A stretch of DNA of 64,000 nucleotides, taken from positions 1 to 64,000 of IMG/VR virus record IMGVR_UViG_3300023174_000033; one strand, 5' to 3'. Positions 26,753-36,635 of this stretch are shown here, in pieces. The translations under genes and the position numbers were made by a program. A model generated the notes under the pieces. That model saw nothing but the letters and a program-made list of their open reading frames with translations, searched no databases and was not told where the DNA came from. Each line of letters begins with the position of its first letter. Position 1 is the first letter of the stretch.

Positions 26753-28537
26753 TTATGCTTTTAAGTCTCCAAATACATACCAGTTATCGGTGCTTAGTTT
26801 GATTAGAGTTGCAGCTGAATATTGAAAATTCAAATTTAAATATCCTTGAGCCGAATTTACCGTTACAACTCCACCACCAGTCACACCTAACTCACCAGTA
26901 CCAGACCTTATGATTACCAACTGTGTTCCATTAGGAAATGGTACAGTACTATCTTGTGGTATGGTTAAGTTTTCATTTGAACCAGATGTTAAATCAATTA
27001 CTTTCCCCTCATCACTTTGTACTAATGTGTAACTTGTTGATTGAGGATTTATACCAAGTACTGAAAGATTCCTCCATTTCATTTTCAATGAGTTAGCTTC
27101 ATCCCAAACTAAAACTTTATTTAGTGTGTCATCATTTGATGCTGTAGCCACTTTAAGTTCTGGAACATAAACAAGATTTGGTTCACTATTTAAAAATAAG
27201 TTACTACCACCTAAAATAACAGATTGTGCTGATGAATTCAAACAATTTTGATATCCACCAATTATTGAAGAATTACAAGAATTGTAACTCATAGTATTAC
27301 CCTTACCGCCAATTATTGACGAATAATCAGCATTTCCACAAATTAAATTATCACGTCCAGCAAAAATCCCCGAGCTGTTATCACTCGAACAAAGAGTGTT
27401 CCGATAACCACCAATGATTGATGAATTACTAGAATCATAAATTATATTACAACATCCAGTAACTACTGATGAATTATATGATGAATAGCAAACTTTATTA
27501 CAAATTCCAGAAACAACTGCGGAACATGCAGCACAAATATAATTACGATAACCACCAATCAAAGGGGATGAACCACTATTAAAAATACGGTTGCAAGTTC
27601 CACCTGAAATTATAGAATAGACACTCGATGAAACTTTATTACAGAACCCACCACCTATGGAAGAGCCCCAAGATAAACAAGTAATTTCATTACACCTACC
27701 GCCTAATATCGTTGATTGATAAGATTGAAAATATATTTTATTATATTTACCAGAAACAATTGAATCACAAGAGTTGTCAGAAATTATATTTGAACACCCA
27801 CCAATTATGGTTGATTGACAAGATTGAGTTGCAATTGTATTACAAAATCCACCAACTATTGAAGACCTACAAGAATAAGATTGAATTGTATTAGAAATAC
27901 CCCCAGTTATTGATGAATTAGAAGAATTACACTGAAGTGTATTACACTGACCCCCAATTATTGATGAATAATTAGATTGAGTTGCAATTGTATTACAAAA
28001 TCCCCCAACTATTGATGAATAAGGATTAAATTGAAGTGTATTACACATACCCCCAACTATTAAAGATCTAGAAGAACATTGAAGTGTATTACACATACCC
28101 CCAACTATTGATGAATAACGAGATTGACACTTAAGTGTATTACAAAAACCACCAACTATTGTTGAATCATAAGAATTAGATTGAAGTGTGTTAGATTGAC
28201 CACCAATAATTGATGAATGAGTTGAATAAAGATCTATAGTATTACCCCAACCCCCAATTATTGAAGACCTAGAAGAACCACACTGAAGTGTATTACACAC
28301 CCCCCCAACTATTACAGAATTACAAGAACTTATATCAATTGAACTTGATTCAGCAACCTTTAAATTTTTGTAAGTTGAATTAAATGTAAATACATCACTA
28401 GATACTATACCAGTACCATTACCAAATCCTATTTCACCTGATGGTAAAGCAGCTGAACCACTACCCCCACCAATTAAACTAACCGTCACCCCATTTACCG
28501 TGAAATCTCCAATTAAATCAATATTATCAATCCTCAT
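26753..28537 (-). CDS. Repeat-rich tail-fibre-like protein
   Basis: Numerous SSIxGGxCNT repeats; C-terminal YTLV.SD.GK…FP.GT…W…GDL module. Confidence 0.75.
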   Translation of the reverse strand: MRIDNIDLIGDFTVNGVTVSLIGGGSGSAALPSGEIGFGNGTGIVSSDVFTFNSTYKNLKVAESSSIDISSCNSVIVGGVCNTLQCGSSRSSIIGGWGNTIDLYSTHSSIIGGQSNTLQSNSYDSTIVGGFCNTLKCQSRYSSIVGGMCNTLQCSSRSLIVGGMCNTLQFNPYSSIVGGFCNTIATQSNYSSIIGGQCNTLQCNSSNSSITGGISNTIQSYSCRSSIVGGFCNTIATQSCQSTIIGGCSNIISDNSCDSIVSGKYNKIYFQSYQSTILGGRCNEITCLSWGSSIGGGFCNKVSSSVYSIISGGTCNRIFNSGSSPLIGGYRNYICAACSAVVSGICNKVCYSSYNSSVVTGCCNIIYDSSNSSIIGGYRNTLCSSDNSSGIFAGRDNLICGNADYSSIIGGKGNTMSYNSCNSSIIGGYQNCLNSSAQSVILGGSNLFLNSEPNLVYVPELKVATASNDDTLNKVLVWDEANSLKMKWRNLSVLGINPQSTSYTLVQSDEGKVIDLTSGSNENLTIPQDSTVPFPNGTQLVIIRSGTGELGVTGGGVVTVNSAQGYLNLNFQYSAATLIKLSTDNWYVFGDLKA

Positions 28538-28663
28538 TCTGACAAATTTATTTTATTATCTATATATAAAATTCACAATCCAATATAATTACCTTGATTT
28601 GACTCAATTTAAAAAATTTTTTTCACCATATAAACAAAAAGAAAAATTATAATACATGATTTT

Positions 28664-28837
28664 ATGGGCGGTTTAATTGCACTAATCATTATGGGACTGA
28701 TTTATTTCATCCCAACTATTATAGCTAATAATAGAAATCATAAACAATTCACAGCTATCTTTATCCTAAACCTATTCGCAGGCTGGACAGGCCTAGGATG
28801 GCTCGCAGCACTCATTTGGTCAGTAACAAACGATTAA
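28664..28837 (+). CDS. Superinfection immunity protein (T4 Imm-like), 57 aa
   Basis: MGGLIALIIMGLIYFIPTIIANNRNHKQFTAIFILNLFAGWTGLGWLAALIWSVTND; YFxPxIIA…NLxxGWTxxGWxxALIW signature. Missed by the ORF track. Confidence 0.88.
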   Translation: MGGLIALIIMGLIYFIPTIIANNRNHKQFTAIFILNLFAGWTGLGWLAALIWSVTND

Positions 28838-28851
28838 ATTTATATAAAACT

Positions 28852-29067
28852 ATGGCAAAATTAATGTGGGTAACCAATACAACAACCTGGTATGAATTTG
28901 AACTCTCACCAGAAGAAAAAGAAGAGTATCTCCAAGATGAAGATGCATTCATGGAAAACTATGATGTCTTCGGTTCTGCTGAAATCGTTAGAGAAAAAGT
29001 CCTTGAAGCCGATCAGATTGACTTCTATGATGATGATGATGACGAAGAAGAAGATTATGAAGATTAA
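28852..29067 (+). CDS. Acidic hypothetical protein
   Basis: Likely start MAKLMW at 28852; D/E-rich tail. Confidence 0.65.
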   Translation: MAKLMWVTNTTTWYEFELSPEEKEEYLQDEDAFMENYDVFGSAEIVREKVLEADQIDFYDDDDDEEEDYED

Positions 29068-29068
29068 T

Positions 29069-29101
29069 AAAAACCCCACTCTAAAAAGGTGGGGTTTTTT
29101 T
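29069..29101. terminator. Intrinsic terminator
   Basis: AAAAACCCCAC…GTGGGGTTTTTT. Confidence 0.8.
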
Positions 29102-29130
29102 ATAACTGAATAATTTTTTATATATACTTT

Positions 29131-30369
29131 ATGAGGCATATACACACTTATAAAGGGTTTATTAAAGAATCAATCAAGGCAATTGATAAACAAACCCTTA
29201 TCATTGAAAAACAATTATACAAACATTTCTCATCAAACTTCTGGAGACTTTGTAATAACTCTACCGTATTTACAATAGAAGAAAAAAAACTTATTAATAA
29301 TCACCTTATTCAAGAAAGAGTTGATTTATTAAAAGAAGAATGGAAATTCCTTGATAAAGCAGTTGATTACTTCAAAGATAAATCAAAAGAAATTAAAGAT
29401 AAATTCACCGCTAAATTAAAAGATATTAAAGATTCAATTGGTTCATTCGTAACATCAGTTAAAGAATTTGCTAAAAAGATATTTTTTGCCCTAGTTGATG
29501 GAGTTAGATCAAAAGCTAATGAAGTTTTTAAACAACATAAAGATAAATTTGAAGAAAAAATAAAAGCTCTTGATAAACTAAAACTTAACGAAGAAAAGAA
29601 AAAACTAATTGAAACCTTTTCCTGGTGGGGTTATCTTTCAAAAGGAGTTGATGACCTACTAAAAGCAAAACCCATTCCTAATTCTGCAGCAAGTAAATCC
29701 ATATCTTCAAAAATTGATTCAACCCAATCAAATGTAGAATCAGAAACTCAAAAAAATATCAGTGATGCTGAAAAAGAAATGGAAGAAGTGAAGAATGAAT
29801 CCTTTGAAAGCATTCTTAATTCTACTAATGATGATGTTCTTTTAAGCTTCTATCTCTTAAAAGAACAAGAAGAAGTCAAAGAGGGCAAAATTGATTCTTG
29901 TATAACTTGGTTACTTAAATTCCTTGAAGTTGAGAAATTAGATCCAGAAGTTAAAACAGGTAAAAAACTCCTATGGTGGGGTAAGTTATTCTTGAAAATC
30001 CTTCAAGCTTGTTTAAATCCTATTGTAATATTTGTAGAGAAAGTTATAGTAAAGAATGCTTTAACCGCCACATCTTGGTTTACTCAATGGTTAGGTGGAC
30101 CTGGTCCTTATGAGTTTGTTTTGCTCGGTGGAGTAGCTGCTGGTTTGTTTGGAGTAATAGCTGACTTTGGTTTAATCTTCCCAACTGATAATCCTTTTAT
30201 CCAATCCCTTGGATTTGTTAAATCTTGGTTATCCCATGCTTTAGAAAATGCCGGTGGTTTTTTTCCAGCTTATGAAACAATTAAAACCTTTTTAAAGTTA
30301 TTCTGTTTAGCTATGGCTATGTTTCATTTATCCCATGCTATACACGAATATGAAGAAAGTAAAGAATAA
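29131..30369 (+). CDS. Helical membrane-associated protein with N-terminal tag
   Basis: MRHIHTYKGFIKES; amphipathic helices and hydrophobic C-terminus. Confidence 0.7.
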   Translation: MRHIHTYKGFIKESIKAIDKQTLIIEKQLYKHFSSNFWRLCNNSTVFTIEEKKLINNHLIQERVDLLKEEWKFLDKAVDYFKDKSKEIKDKFTAKLKDIKDSIGSFVTSVKEFAKKIFFALVDGVRSKANEVFKQHKDKFEEKIKALDKLKLNEEKKKLIETFSWWGYLSKGVDDLLKAKPIPNSAASKSISSKIDSTQSNVESETQKNISDAEKEMEEVKNESFESILNSTNDDVLLSFYLLKEQEEVKEGKIDSCITWLLKFLEVEKLDPEVKTGKKLLWWGKLFLKILQACLNPIVIFVEKVIVKNALTATSWFTQWLGGPGPYEFVLLGGVAAGLFGVIADFGLIFPTDNPFIQSLGFVKSWLSHALENAGGFFPAYETIKTFLKLFCLAMAMFHLSHAIHEYEESKE

Positions 30370-30398
30370 ATAAAATTAAATATTAATTTAAGTAAGAA

Positions 30399-30740
30399 AT
30401 GAATAAACCAGAAGTAAGAATAATTGAACCTCAATTTGAAGAAAGTAAAGAAGTTCAAACAAGTGATTGGGAAAAACAACAATTATTAGCTAAATATGGT
30501 TGGAGTTCAAATCAAACTATAACCCAACCTACATATCATAACCCAGACCAAGAATTATCATTTGAAGAACTATGTAGAAGAGAAGAACTAAAACAAGAAG
30601 AATTAAGAAATAGAAATAGAAAACCAAAAGTTAATGTTTATTCAATAGATCCTAATTCAGTTAGATATACAGAAGAAAAATACTCTGGCGATGGTGACCT
30701 AGGTTTTAAAGTTCAAATAGTATCCGATATGAAATTCTAA
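30399..30740 (+). CDS. Hypothetical protein
   Basis: ORF. Confidence 0.6.
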   Translation: MNKPEVRIIEPQFEESKEVQTSDWEKQQLLAKYGWSSNQTITQPTYHNPDQELSFEELCRREELKQEELRNRNRKPKVNVYSIDPNSVRYTEEKYSGDGDLGFKVQIVSDMKF

Positions 30741-31310
30741 TTAAATCTTCTTGTAATCTTTAATTGACTGCTCACTAAATATAGCAACATTCTCACTACC
30801 CCTTTCAATAACTATAAACCCATCATATCCTCTTTCCTTTATTGATTCAATTATAGGACCCGACTCAATAACCCTCCAAGCACCATTCTTAATCCTCCAT
30901 AGATAAAAGTAAACAGCTTCTGATTTACCATTAATCTCAAACTCCTCATTTGTATCAGGATTATAACCTTTTAATTTTGATGAAAACTCCAAGAAGGTTG
31001 TACCATTTACTGGATCTATATACTTCTCATCAATCATCTTTTGTATAGTTCCCTTTAAGTCTAAATCAATAATCACCTTCCTATCCATAGGATTACATAA
31101 CTTTAAACCTTCTTTTAACTCAACCTCCCATACAGCACCATCAGGAAACTCATCACCATCATTCATTCCAGCAAAGTCTTTAGCAAAATCTAAATTAGTA
31201 GTTAAGAAAATAGCCCCAGAAAACCTTTTCTTCTCTGGTGGGAAATCTCCTTTTCTATTCCCATGGTATAACTTCTTTCCAAATGATTCAAATAACTTTA
31301 AGTATTTCAT
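30741..31310 (-). CDS. Putative ADP-ribosyltransferase-fold protein with MKYLKLFESF tag
   Basis: LYHG, IFLT…A..FA, GYDG and E.VAIF pattern. Confidence 0.6.
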   Translation of the reverse strand: MKYLKLFESFGKKLYHGNRKGDFPPEKKRFSGAIFLTTNLDFAKDFAGMNDGDEFPDGAVWEVELKEGLKLCNPMDRKVIIDLDLKGTIQKMIDEKYIDPVNGTTFLEFSSKLKGYNPDTNEEFEINGKSEAVYFYLWRIKNGAWRVIESGPIIESIKERGYDGFIVIERGSENVAIFSEQSIKDYKKI

Positions 31311-31356
31311 TCATTATATATTTTTATTTCTCCCTAAACTTTATTACCTTTGTCTT

Positions 31357-31824
31357 ATGATTCACTCGTACTCTTCATCTGATTTCATTCCAGGATATAA
31401 GAATTCCCTTATCGCCAAATCCGAGACTAATGATTGTGTGGTTCGGTCATTTGCTTCAGCTTTTAAAGTCACCTATGATGAATCCCACCAGTTTGTTCAA
31501 ATTAAATTCAATCGGAAGAATAGAAAAGGAACCGCTAGGTTCGTTACTATAATGAATAATATGGCTAATCACGAAACTATCCTATGGGACAAATCCCTTA
31601 AAAGATTGGGCGATGGCAAATCAAAAAACTCAATGACCTATATTGATAAAGGCGTTCAAAGAAAAATGACAACTTTTCAGTTTATTAAAAGAAATCCAAA
31701 AGGAACTTTTATGGTTACAGTAAGTGGACATGCTTTCACCATCTGTAATGGAGCTATCTTTGGTAACCACGAAGATGTTCTTAAAACAAAAAAGGTTATC
31801 CTTCACGCTTGGGAAGTTATCTAA
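31357..31824 (+). CDS. Hypothetical phage protein (DCVVR…GH motif)
   Basis: ORF after TACCTTTG at 31345-31352. Confidence 0.7.
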   Translation: MIHSYSSSDFIPGYKNSLIAKSETNDCVVRSFASAFKVTYDESHQFVQIKFNRKNRKGTARFVTIMNNMANHETILWDKSLKRLGDGKSKNSMTYIDKGVQRKMTTFQFIKRNPKGTFMVTVSGHAFTICNGAIFGNHEDVLKTKKVILHAWEVI

Positions 31825-31856
31825 TCAACCACTAACTAATATTTGATATAATTACT

Positions 31857-32732
31857 ATGTCTCACTTCTTACAAACAGATTGGAATAAATTCCACCTTAT
31901 TGATTTAATTGAAGGTATGGAAAAAATCCAATCCGAATCAGTTGATATCATTATCATTGATCCACCCTATAATATCGGCAAAGACTTTGGAGAATGCAAA
32001 GATAATCTTTCTTTAGATGAATATCTCACTTGGTGTGATAAGTGGATTACTCAATCCATAAGAATCCTTAAACCAACCGGTTCAATATTCATCTATGGAT
32101 TCAGTGAAATATTAGCACATATATCAGTTAGACTTAAACTTGATAAAAGATGGTTGATTTGGCACTATACAAATAAAACAGTTCCAAGTTATAACGGTTG
32201 GCAAAGAAGCCACGAAAGCATAATCTATGCTTGGAAAACTAAACCACAATTCAATAGAGATGTGGTTAGAGTTCCTTATACAGATACATTCCTAAAAAAC
32301 GCAGCCGGTAAAAAAAGAAAAGGAAGCGAAACCGCTAGGTTCGGTAAAAGTAGTGATACAATCTATCAAGCCCACGAAGGAGGTGCACTACCCAGGGATG
32401 TATTCACCGATATATCAACTTTAGCCGGTGGTTCTGGTAGAGAAAGATACTTTCTTTATGATGGTGAGGTTTATCCAGGAAAAGATATAAGTAATTTTGA
32501 TGTAAGTAAGTGTTTGAAACATCCCACACAAAAACCAAGTAAACTAACCGAAAGATTAATCCTTTCCGCTAAACCCAATTCAAATTGCAAAGTAGTAATT
32601 CCTTTTGGTGGTTCCGGTACAGAAGGTGTCGTGTGTAAAAGACTTGGAGTTGATTTCATTGGGTTTGATATTAATCAAGATTATATCAAATTGGCTAATG
32701 GAGCTTTAGAAAAATATTTAGATATATTTTGA
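31857..32732 (+). CDS. Amino (N6A/N4C) DNA methyltransferase, beta class
   Basis: DPPY, then HPTQKP and PFGGSGT. Confidence 0.93.
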   Translation: MSHFLQTDWNKFHLIDLIEGMEKIQSESVDIIIIDPPYNIGKDFGECKDNLSLDEYLTWCDKWITQSIRILKPTGSIFIYGFSEILAHISVRLKLDKRWLIWHYTNKTVPSYNGWQRSHESIIYAWKTKPQFNRDVVRVPYTDTFLKNAAGKKRKGSETARFGKSSDTIYQAHEGGALPRDVFTDISTLAGGSGRERYFLYDGEVYPGKDISNFDVSKCLKHPTQKPSKLTERLILSAKPNSNCKVVIPFGGSGTEGVVCKRLGVDFIGFDINQDYIKLANGALEKYLDIF

Positions 32733-32740
32733 TTAAAAGA

Positions 32741-32770
32741 AAAAACCCAGTTTAAAGACTGGGTTTTTTT
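32741..32770. terminator. Bidirectional intrinsic terminator
   Basis: AAAAACCCAGT…ACTGGGTTTTTTT between convergent genes. Confidence 0.8.
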
Positions 32771-32774
32771 ATTA

Positions 32775-33410
32775 TTAGAACTTATTTCTAATATCTTTTT
32801 GAGGATTATAACTACCAATACCAGCAATATCATCATCAGAATTATATCCAAACATTTTCATAATCAAGTCAAACATAAAAAGTGCAGCCCAACCTGCAGC
32901 TGCAAGTTCAATTGTTGTCATTAAACTAACATCCACAGCTAGAGATGTATTCATGGGTAATTTACCTAAAACGTGTAATGCATATGTAAGTATGATAGCT
33001 AAACCCATACCAGCTGACCCAGCAACATTAATCCCTAGAGCTTGTTTTATCCTACCAATAATCTTAACAGCCATGTTTTCATTTTCTTTAAAGTTTTCTG
33101 AAATGGTCTCTAATCCAAGTGCTTTAGTTAATTTCATAACATTCTCCTTGTTCATTTCTGGATTAACAGTACCAAATGTTTTCTTCATAAACTGCGCAAT
33201 CTTTCCAGCATCTTTATCAGATATGCCCTTGAATGAATCTTTGACTTCTTCAATCTTATTTCCTATTTTATCCACAAGATCACTATATAAGTCAGATATA
33301 CCAGCAAAAACATCCTTATAAGCATCACCAGCATGTTTAACAACATCTACTGGTAACATACCCATTTCTACTTCTTCATTAAACTTATTAAAGTTTCGTA
33401 TGTGTTTCAT
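32775..33410 (-). CDS. Membrane protein; paralog of 18634-19236
   Basis: Shared KFNEEVEMGxLPxDVVKH, FGT, KEN and AVKI motifs. Confidence 0.7.
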   Translation of the reverse strand: MKHIRNFNKFNEEVEMGMLPVDVVKHAGDAYKDVFAGISDLYSDLVDKIGNKIEEVKDSFKGISDKDAGKIAQFMKKTFGTVNPEMNKENVMKLTKALGLETISENFKENENMAVKIIGRIKQALGINVAGSAGMGLAIILTYALHVLGKLPMNTSLAVDVSLMTTIELAAAGWAALFMFDLIMKMFGYNSDDDIAGIGSYNPQKDIRNKF

Positions 33411-33457
33411 ATTTATATCTATATCTTTTTTTATATATTATTTTCTAATCCCAAAAA

Positions 33458-34888
33458 TTATTTAGAAAAGAACTTTTTGATTTTAGAAAAAGTTGAAGTC
33501 TTTACACCACCCAATAATGTTTTTATCTCACTCATTAGTTCTTTACACTTTGAAATAGTCTCATTAACATCTTGTGGTTTACAATTATCTATGAGTTTAC
33601 TTATTTCCTTTGAATTTTCCCCAACAACAGAACTTACTTTACTATCCTTAATCTCATAAGCTGAATAACCTAGATAAGTAAAAAAGTCATTTATATTTGA
33701 TTTATCATATACTTTTGAACCTTTCATATTAGTTTCTACCCAATTAACTATTGATGAATATGTTGGTTCTTTTGTGAGTTCAGAATTTAATTTAGTCTCT
33801 ACTCTTCTTTTAGTTTCTCTATATTTCTTATCTTCTAACTCTCTTTCCCTTTCCCTTTTAATATCACCTTGCTCTTTCCATTTCTTTTGATTTTCCTTAT
33901 CTATAACTTCTTGTTTAGTCTTCTCTTCCTTTGATCTATTCTCTTTTTCAGTATTCTTTTGATTCCCTTTTTCAACTTCCTCAGCCCTTGAAATCTGTTT
34001 CGTCTGTTCATCATATTTCTCACCTAAATCTTTTAATAATTTAACCTTGTAATTGGCTAAAGAGTCTAACAAATCCTGTTGTGAACTACTCAACTTAATA
34101 CCAGGTAACTTATTATGTTTGGTTGTCTTATCTTGAATATCAAAAGTTATACCCGAAGCTAACTCTTTTATCTTATGAAAAAACCACCAGTTCCATAAAC
34201 AAATTAATAATTGAGACCCAAGAATAGCATTTCCAGCCCTACTACTACCAGTAAACTTTTTAATACTACTAAATATCTTACTGAAATTTCTCTTCAAATC
34301 CTTATCCAAGGACACTAAACTATAAAGTGATTTTTCAAAAAACTCACTATTTACAAAATCCCCCCAAGGTAAACTCTGAGTAGTCTTCTTACCAGAACTT
34401 AATTTGATGCCATCATTCTTCATAGTGACCTCATTATATCTAACCCCAAGTATAACCTCATCAAATATAACCTGTATCCTAGTAATGTATTTTTTAACAT
34501 TTACTATATCAGAAGTACACCTTTCCTCAAACTGTGAGTTATTAACTGTATCTGATTTACTTCTAGCATCACTCCAAGGAACTATCTTATACTTCTCCTT
34601 TAACTTATCAGAATCAAAATGAATGATAATCCTAATGGGTTCTTCAACACCATCTTGTATTCCAGCAAGTTGGTCCCTTGTTAAATATTGTCTACAAAAT
34701 GATATTGATTTATCTGCTACCTTACTCCACTCACCACTAGATGAATCACCAACATATCTAGCTATCATTCTATCCGATTTAAGAATCAAATAAAGATTTG
34801 ATAGGGTAGTATAATGATATAAGGTTTGTTTTGAAACCTCCTCATTTACCTTATCAAAATAATCTGAAAACCCATCTAAATATTTCAT
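33458..34888 (-). CDS. Hypothetical protein with possible ART-like N-terminal domain and coiled coil
   Basis: LYHYT…IL, ISFCR and FEER pattern; charged helical C-terminal half. Confidence 0.5.
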   Translation of the reverse strand: MKYLDGFSDYFDKVNEEVSKQTLYHYTTLSNLYLILKSDRMIARYVGDSSSGEWSKVADKSISFCRQYLTRDQLAGIQDGVEEPIRIIIHFDSDKLKEKYKIVPWSDARSKSDTVNNSQFEERCTSDIVNVKKYITRIQVIFDEVILGVRYNEVTMKNDGIKLSSGKKTTQSLPWGDFVNSEFFEKSLYSLVSLDKDLKRNFSKIFSSIKKFTGSSRAGNAILGSQLLICLWNWWFFHKIKELASGITFDIQDKTTKHNKLPGIKLSSSQQDLLDSLANYKVKLLKDLGEKYDEQTKQISRAEEVEKGNQKNTEKENRSKEEKTKQEVIDKENQKKWKEQGDIKRERERELEDKKYRETKRRVETKLNSELTKEPTYSSIVNWVETNMKGSKVYDKSNINDFFTYLGYSAYEIKDSKVSSVVGENSKEISKLIDNCKPQDVNETISKCKELMSEIKTLLGGVKTSTFSKIKKFFSK

Positions 34889-35006
34889 ATAATTTTTATA
34901 TATTATTTTTTTATACCAAAACTTCTATTACCTTTGTCTTATCATTGAATTTTTTTAGAAAAACTTCTTATAATTATTCCGATATATACGAAAAATAAAA
35001 ATCTAA

Positions 35007-35963
35007 ATGAACCTTAAAGAACAACTACAAAACCAAATTAAGTTAAAGGGTGGATGGGTTAATACTCACGCACACTTTGATAGAGCTTTCTCATTAGATG
35101 GAGAATCTATCAATCACATTTATTCTCCTCTTAAAGAGAAATGGTCTTTAGTTGATTCATTAAAAAAGTTATCCTCTGTTGAGGATATTTTTTTGCGTAT
35201 GGAAAAAGCTACCCAACTAATGAATCAACAAGGATGCCAAGCAATCGGATCATTCATTGACGTGGATGAAGCTATTGAAGATAAAGCAATACTAGCCACA
35301 GAAATGCTAAAATCTAAATGGGGCGATAAAATCAAAATGAAATTTATGAATCAAACCCTTAAAGGAGTTATTGAAAAAGAAGCTAGATATTGGTTTGATA
35401 AATCCTCTGAATATGTAGATATAATAGGAGGACTACCAGGCAAAGATGGTGGTAGAGAAAAACAACATTTAGACATAATCTTATCTACAGGCAAACGATT
35501 AAATAAAAGAGTTCACGTTCATGTAGACCAACTAAATACCGATATGGAATGTGAAACTGAACTTCTAGCAAAGAAAACAATTGAATGGGGTATGGAAGGT
35601 AAAGTCACCGCAATTCACTCAATATCACTAGCTTGTCATAAAAAACCAAAAAGAGACCATATCTATAAACTAATGAAACAAGCTGACCTATCAGTTATCG
35701 CTTGTCCTATAGCTTGGATTGACCACCCTAGAACTGAAAGATTATCTCCTACACATAATGCAATTACACCAGTAGATGAAATGATTGAATGGGGTATTAA
35801 GGTAGGTATTGGCACTGATAATATAAATGATATTTATAAACCCTTTGGCGATGGCGATATGTGGACCGAACTTAAAGTATTACTAGAAGCTTGTAAGATT
35901 TATGATATTGATACGTTGGTGGATATATCAACTAAAAACGGATTAGAAATATTAGGACTATAA
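35007..35963 (+). CDS. Amidohydrolase, cytosine-deaminase-like
   Basis: NTHAHFD, HVHVD, AIHS and GTDN motifs. Confidence 0.85.
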   Translation: MNLKEQLQNQIKLKGGWVNTHAHFDRAFSLDGESINHIYSPLKEKWSLVDSLKKLSSVEDIFLRMEKATQLMNQQGCQAIGSFIDVDEAIEDKAILATEMLKSKWGDKIKMKFMNQTLKGVIEKEARYWFDKSSEYVDIIGGLPGKDGGREKQHLDIILSTGKRLNKRVHVHVDQLNTDMECETELLAKKTIEWGMEGKVTAIHSISLACHKKPKRDHIYKLMKQADLSVIACPIAWIDHPRTERLSPTHNAITPVDEMIEWGIKVGIGTDNINDIYKPFGDGDMWTELKVLLEACKIYDIDTLVDISTKNGLEILGL

Positions 35964-36050
35964 GTTTATTTAAAACCCCACCAGTTCTGATGGGATTTTT
36001 TATTCTATAATAATAGGATTAAACCAAAAAAATAACTATATTTGTATACT

Positions 36051-36635
36051 ATGTCAAACAACAGCCAAACATTATCTGAACTCTTTAATGAATCATTTTA
36101 TCTACCAGTTTATAAGAGGTGGAGAGTTGATAAGGAAAAAGCAGGTAAAGATATCGTAGGTGAAGAGTATGAGAAATTCAGAAAGAATTACTATACACAA
36201 AAAGGTTTAAAAGCCCTTAAAGGTAAAAGAGTCTTTGGTGATATGAATCCTGACCTGGTTGTATATAAAGGTGATGAAATTGTTATTGTTGAAGAATGTA
36301 AGGGACATTACGTTGATAAATGTTTCCTTGAAAGAGCTATAGGTGATGCTGTTAAAATCTTCAGATGGTGTTTAGAGAATAAAAAATCAATGCCTTATTT
36401 TGTTTTGAGTTGTGCTACTAATCTAAAGACTTTCAACCCAATCTTCAATCATATCGTTGATAACTATAGGAAAGATTTATCCGATATCCTTAAAGAGAAG
36501 TTTGTTTACCTACCACTATGTGACCACGGCAGATTACCTAAAAATAGTTATTTCACTAACCCAGATAATAACTTTAAAATTGATCAAAACCTTGTAGATA
36601 AACAAGAAGAGATTATCTCAAATATTACAAAGTAA
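36051..36635 (+). CDS. Putative PD-(D/E)xK nuclease (restriction-endonuclease-like)
   Basis: NPDLVV…VEECKG motif; converges on a methyltransferase gene. Confidence 0.55.
   Translation: MSNNSQTLSELFNESFYLPVYKRWRVDKEKAGKDIVGEEYEKFRKNYYTQKGLKALKGKRVFGDMNPDLVVYKGDEIVIVEECKGHYVDKCFLERAIGDAVKIFRWCLENKKSMPYFVLSCATNLKTFNPIFNHIVDNYRKDLSDILKEKFVYLPLCDHGRLPKNSYFTNPDNNFKIDQNLVDKQEEIISNITK

Noticed and set aside
24185-28537. Repeats in the DUF285 and fibre genes as DGR or phase-variation targets
   Set aside because: They are ordinary degenerate coding repeats; no reverse transcriptase or adenine-specific template/variable pair was seen.
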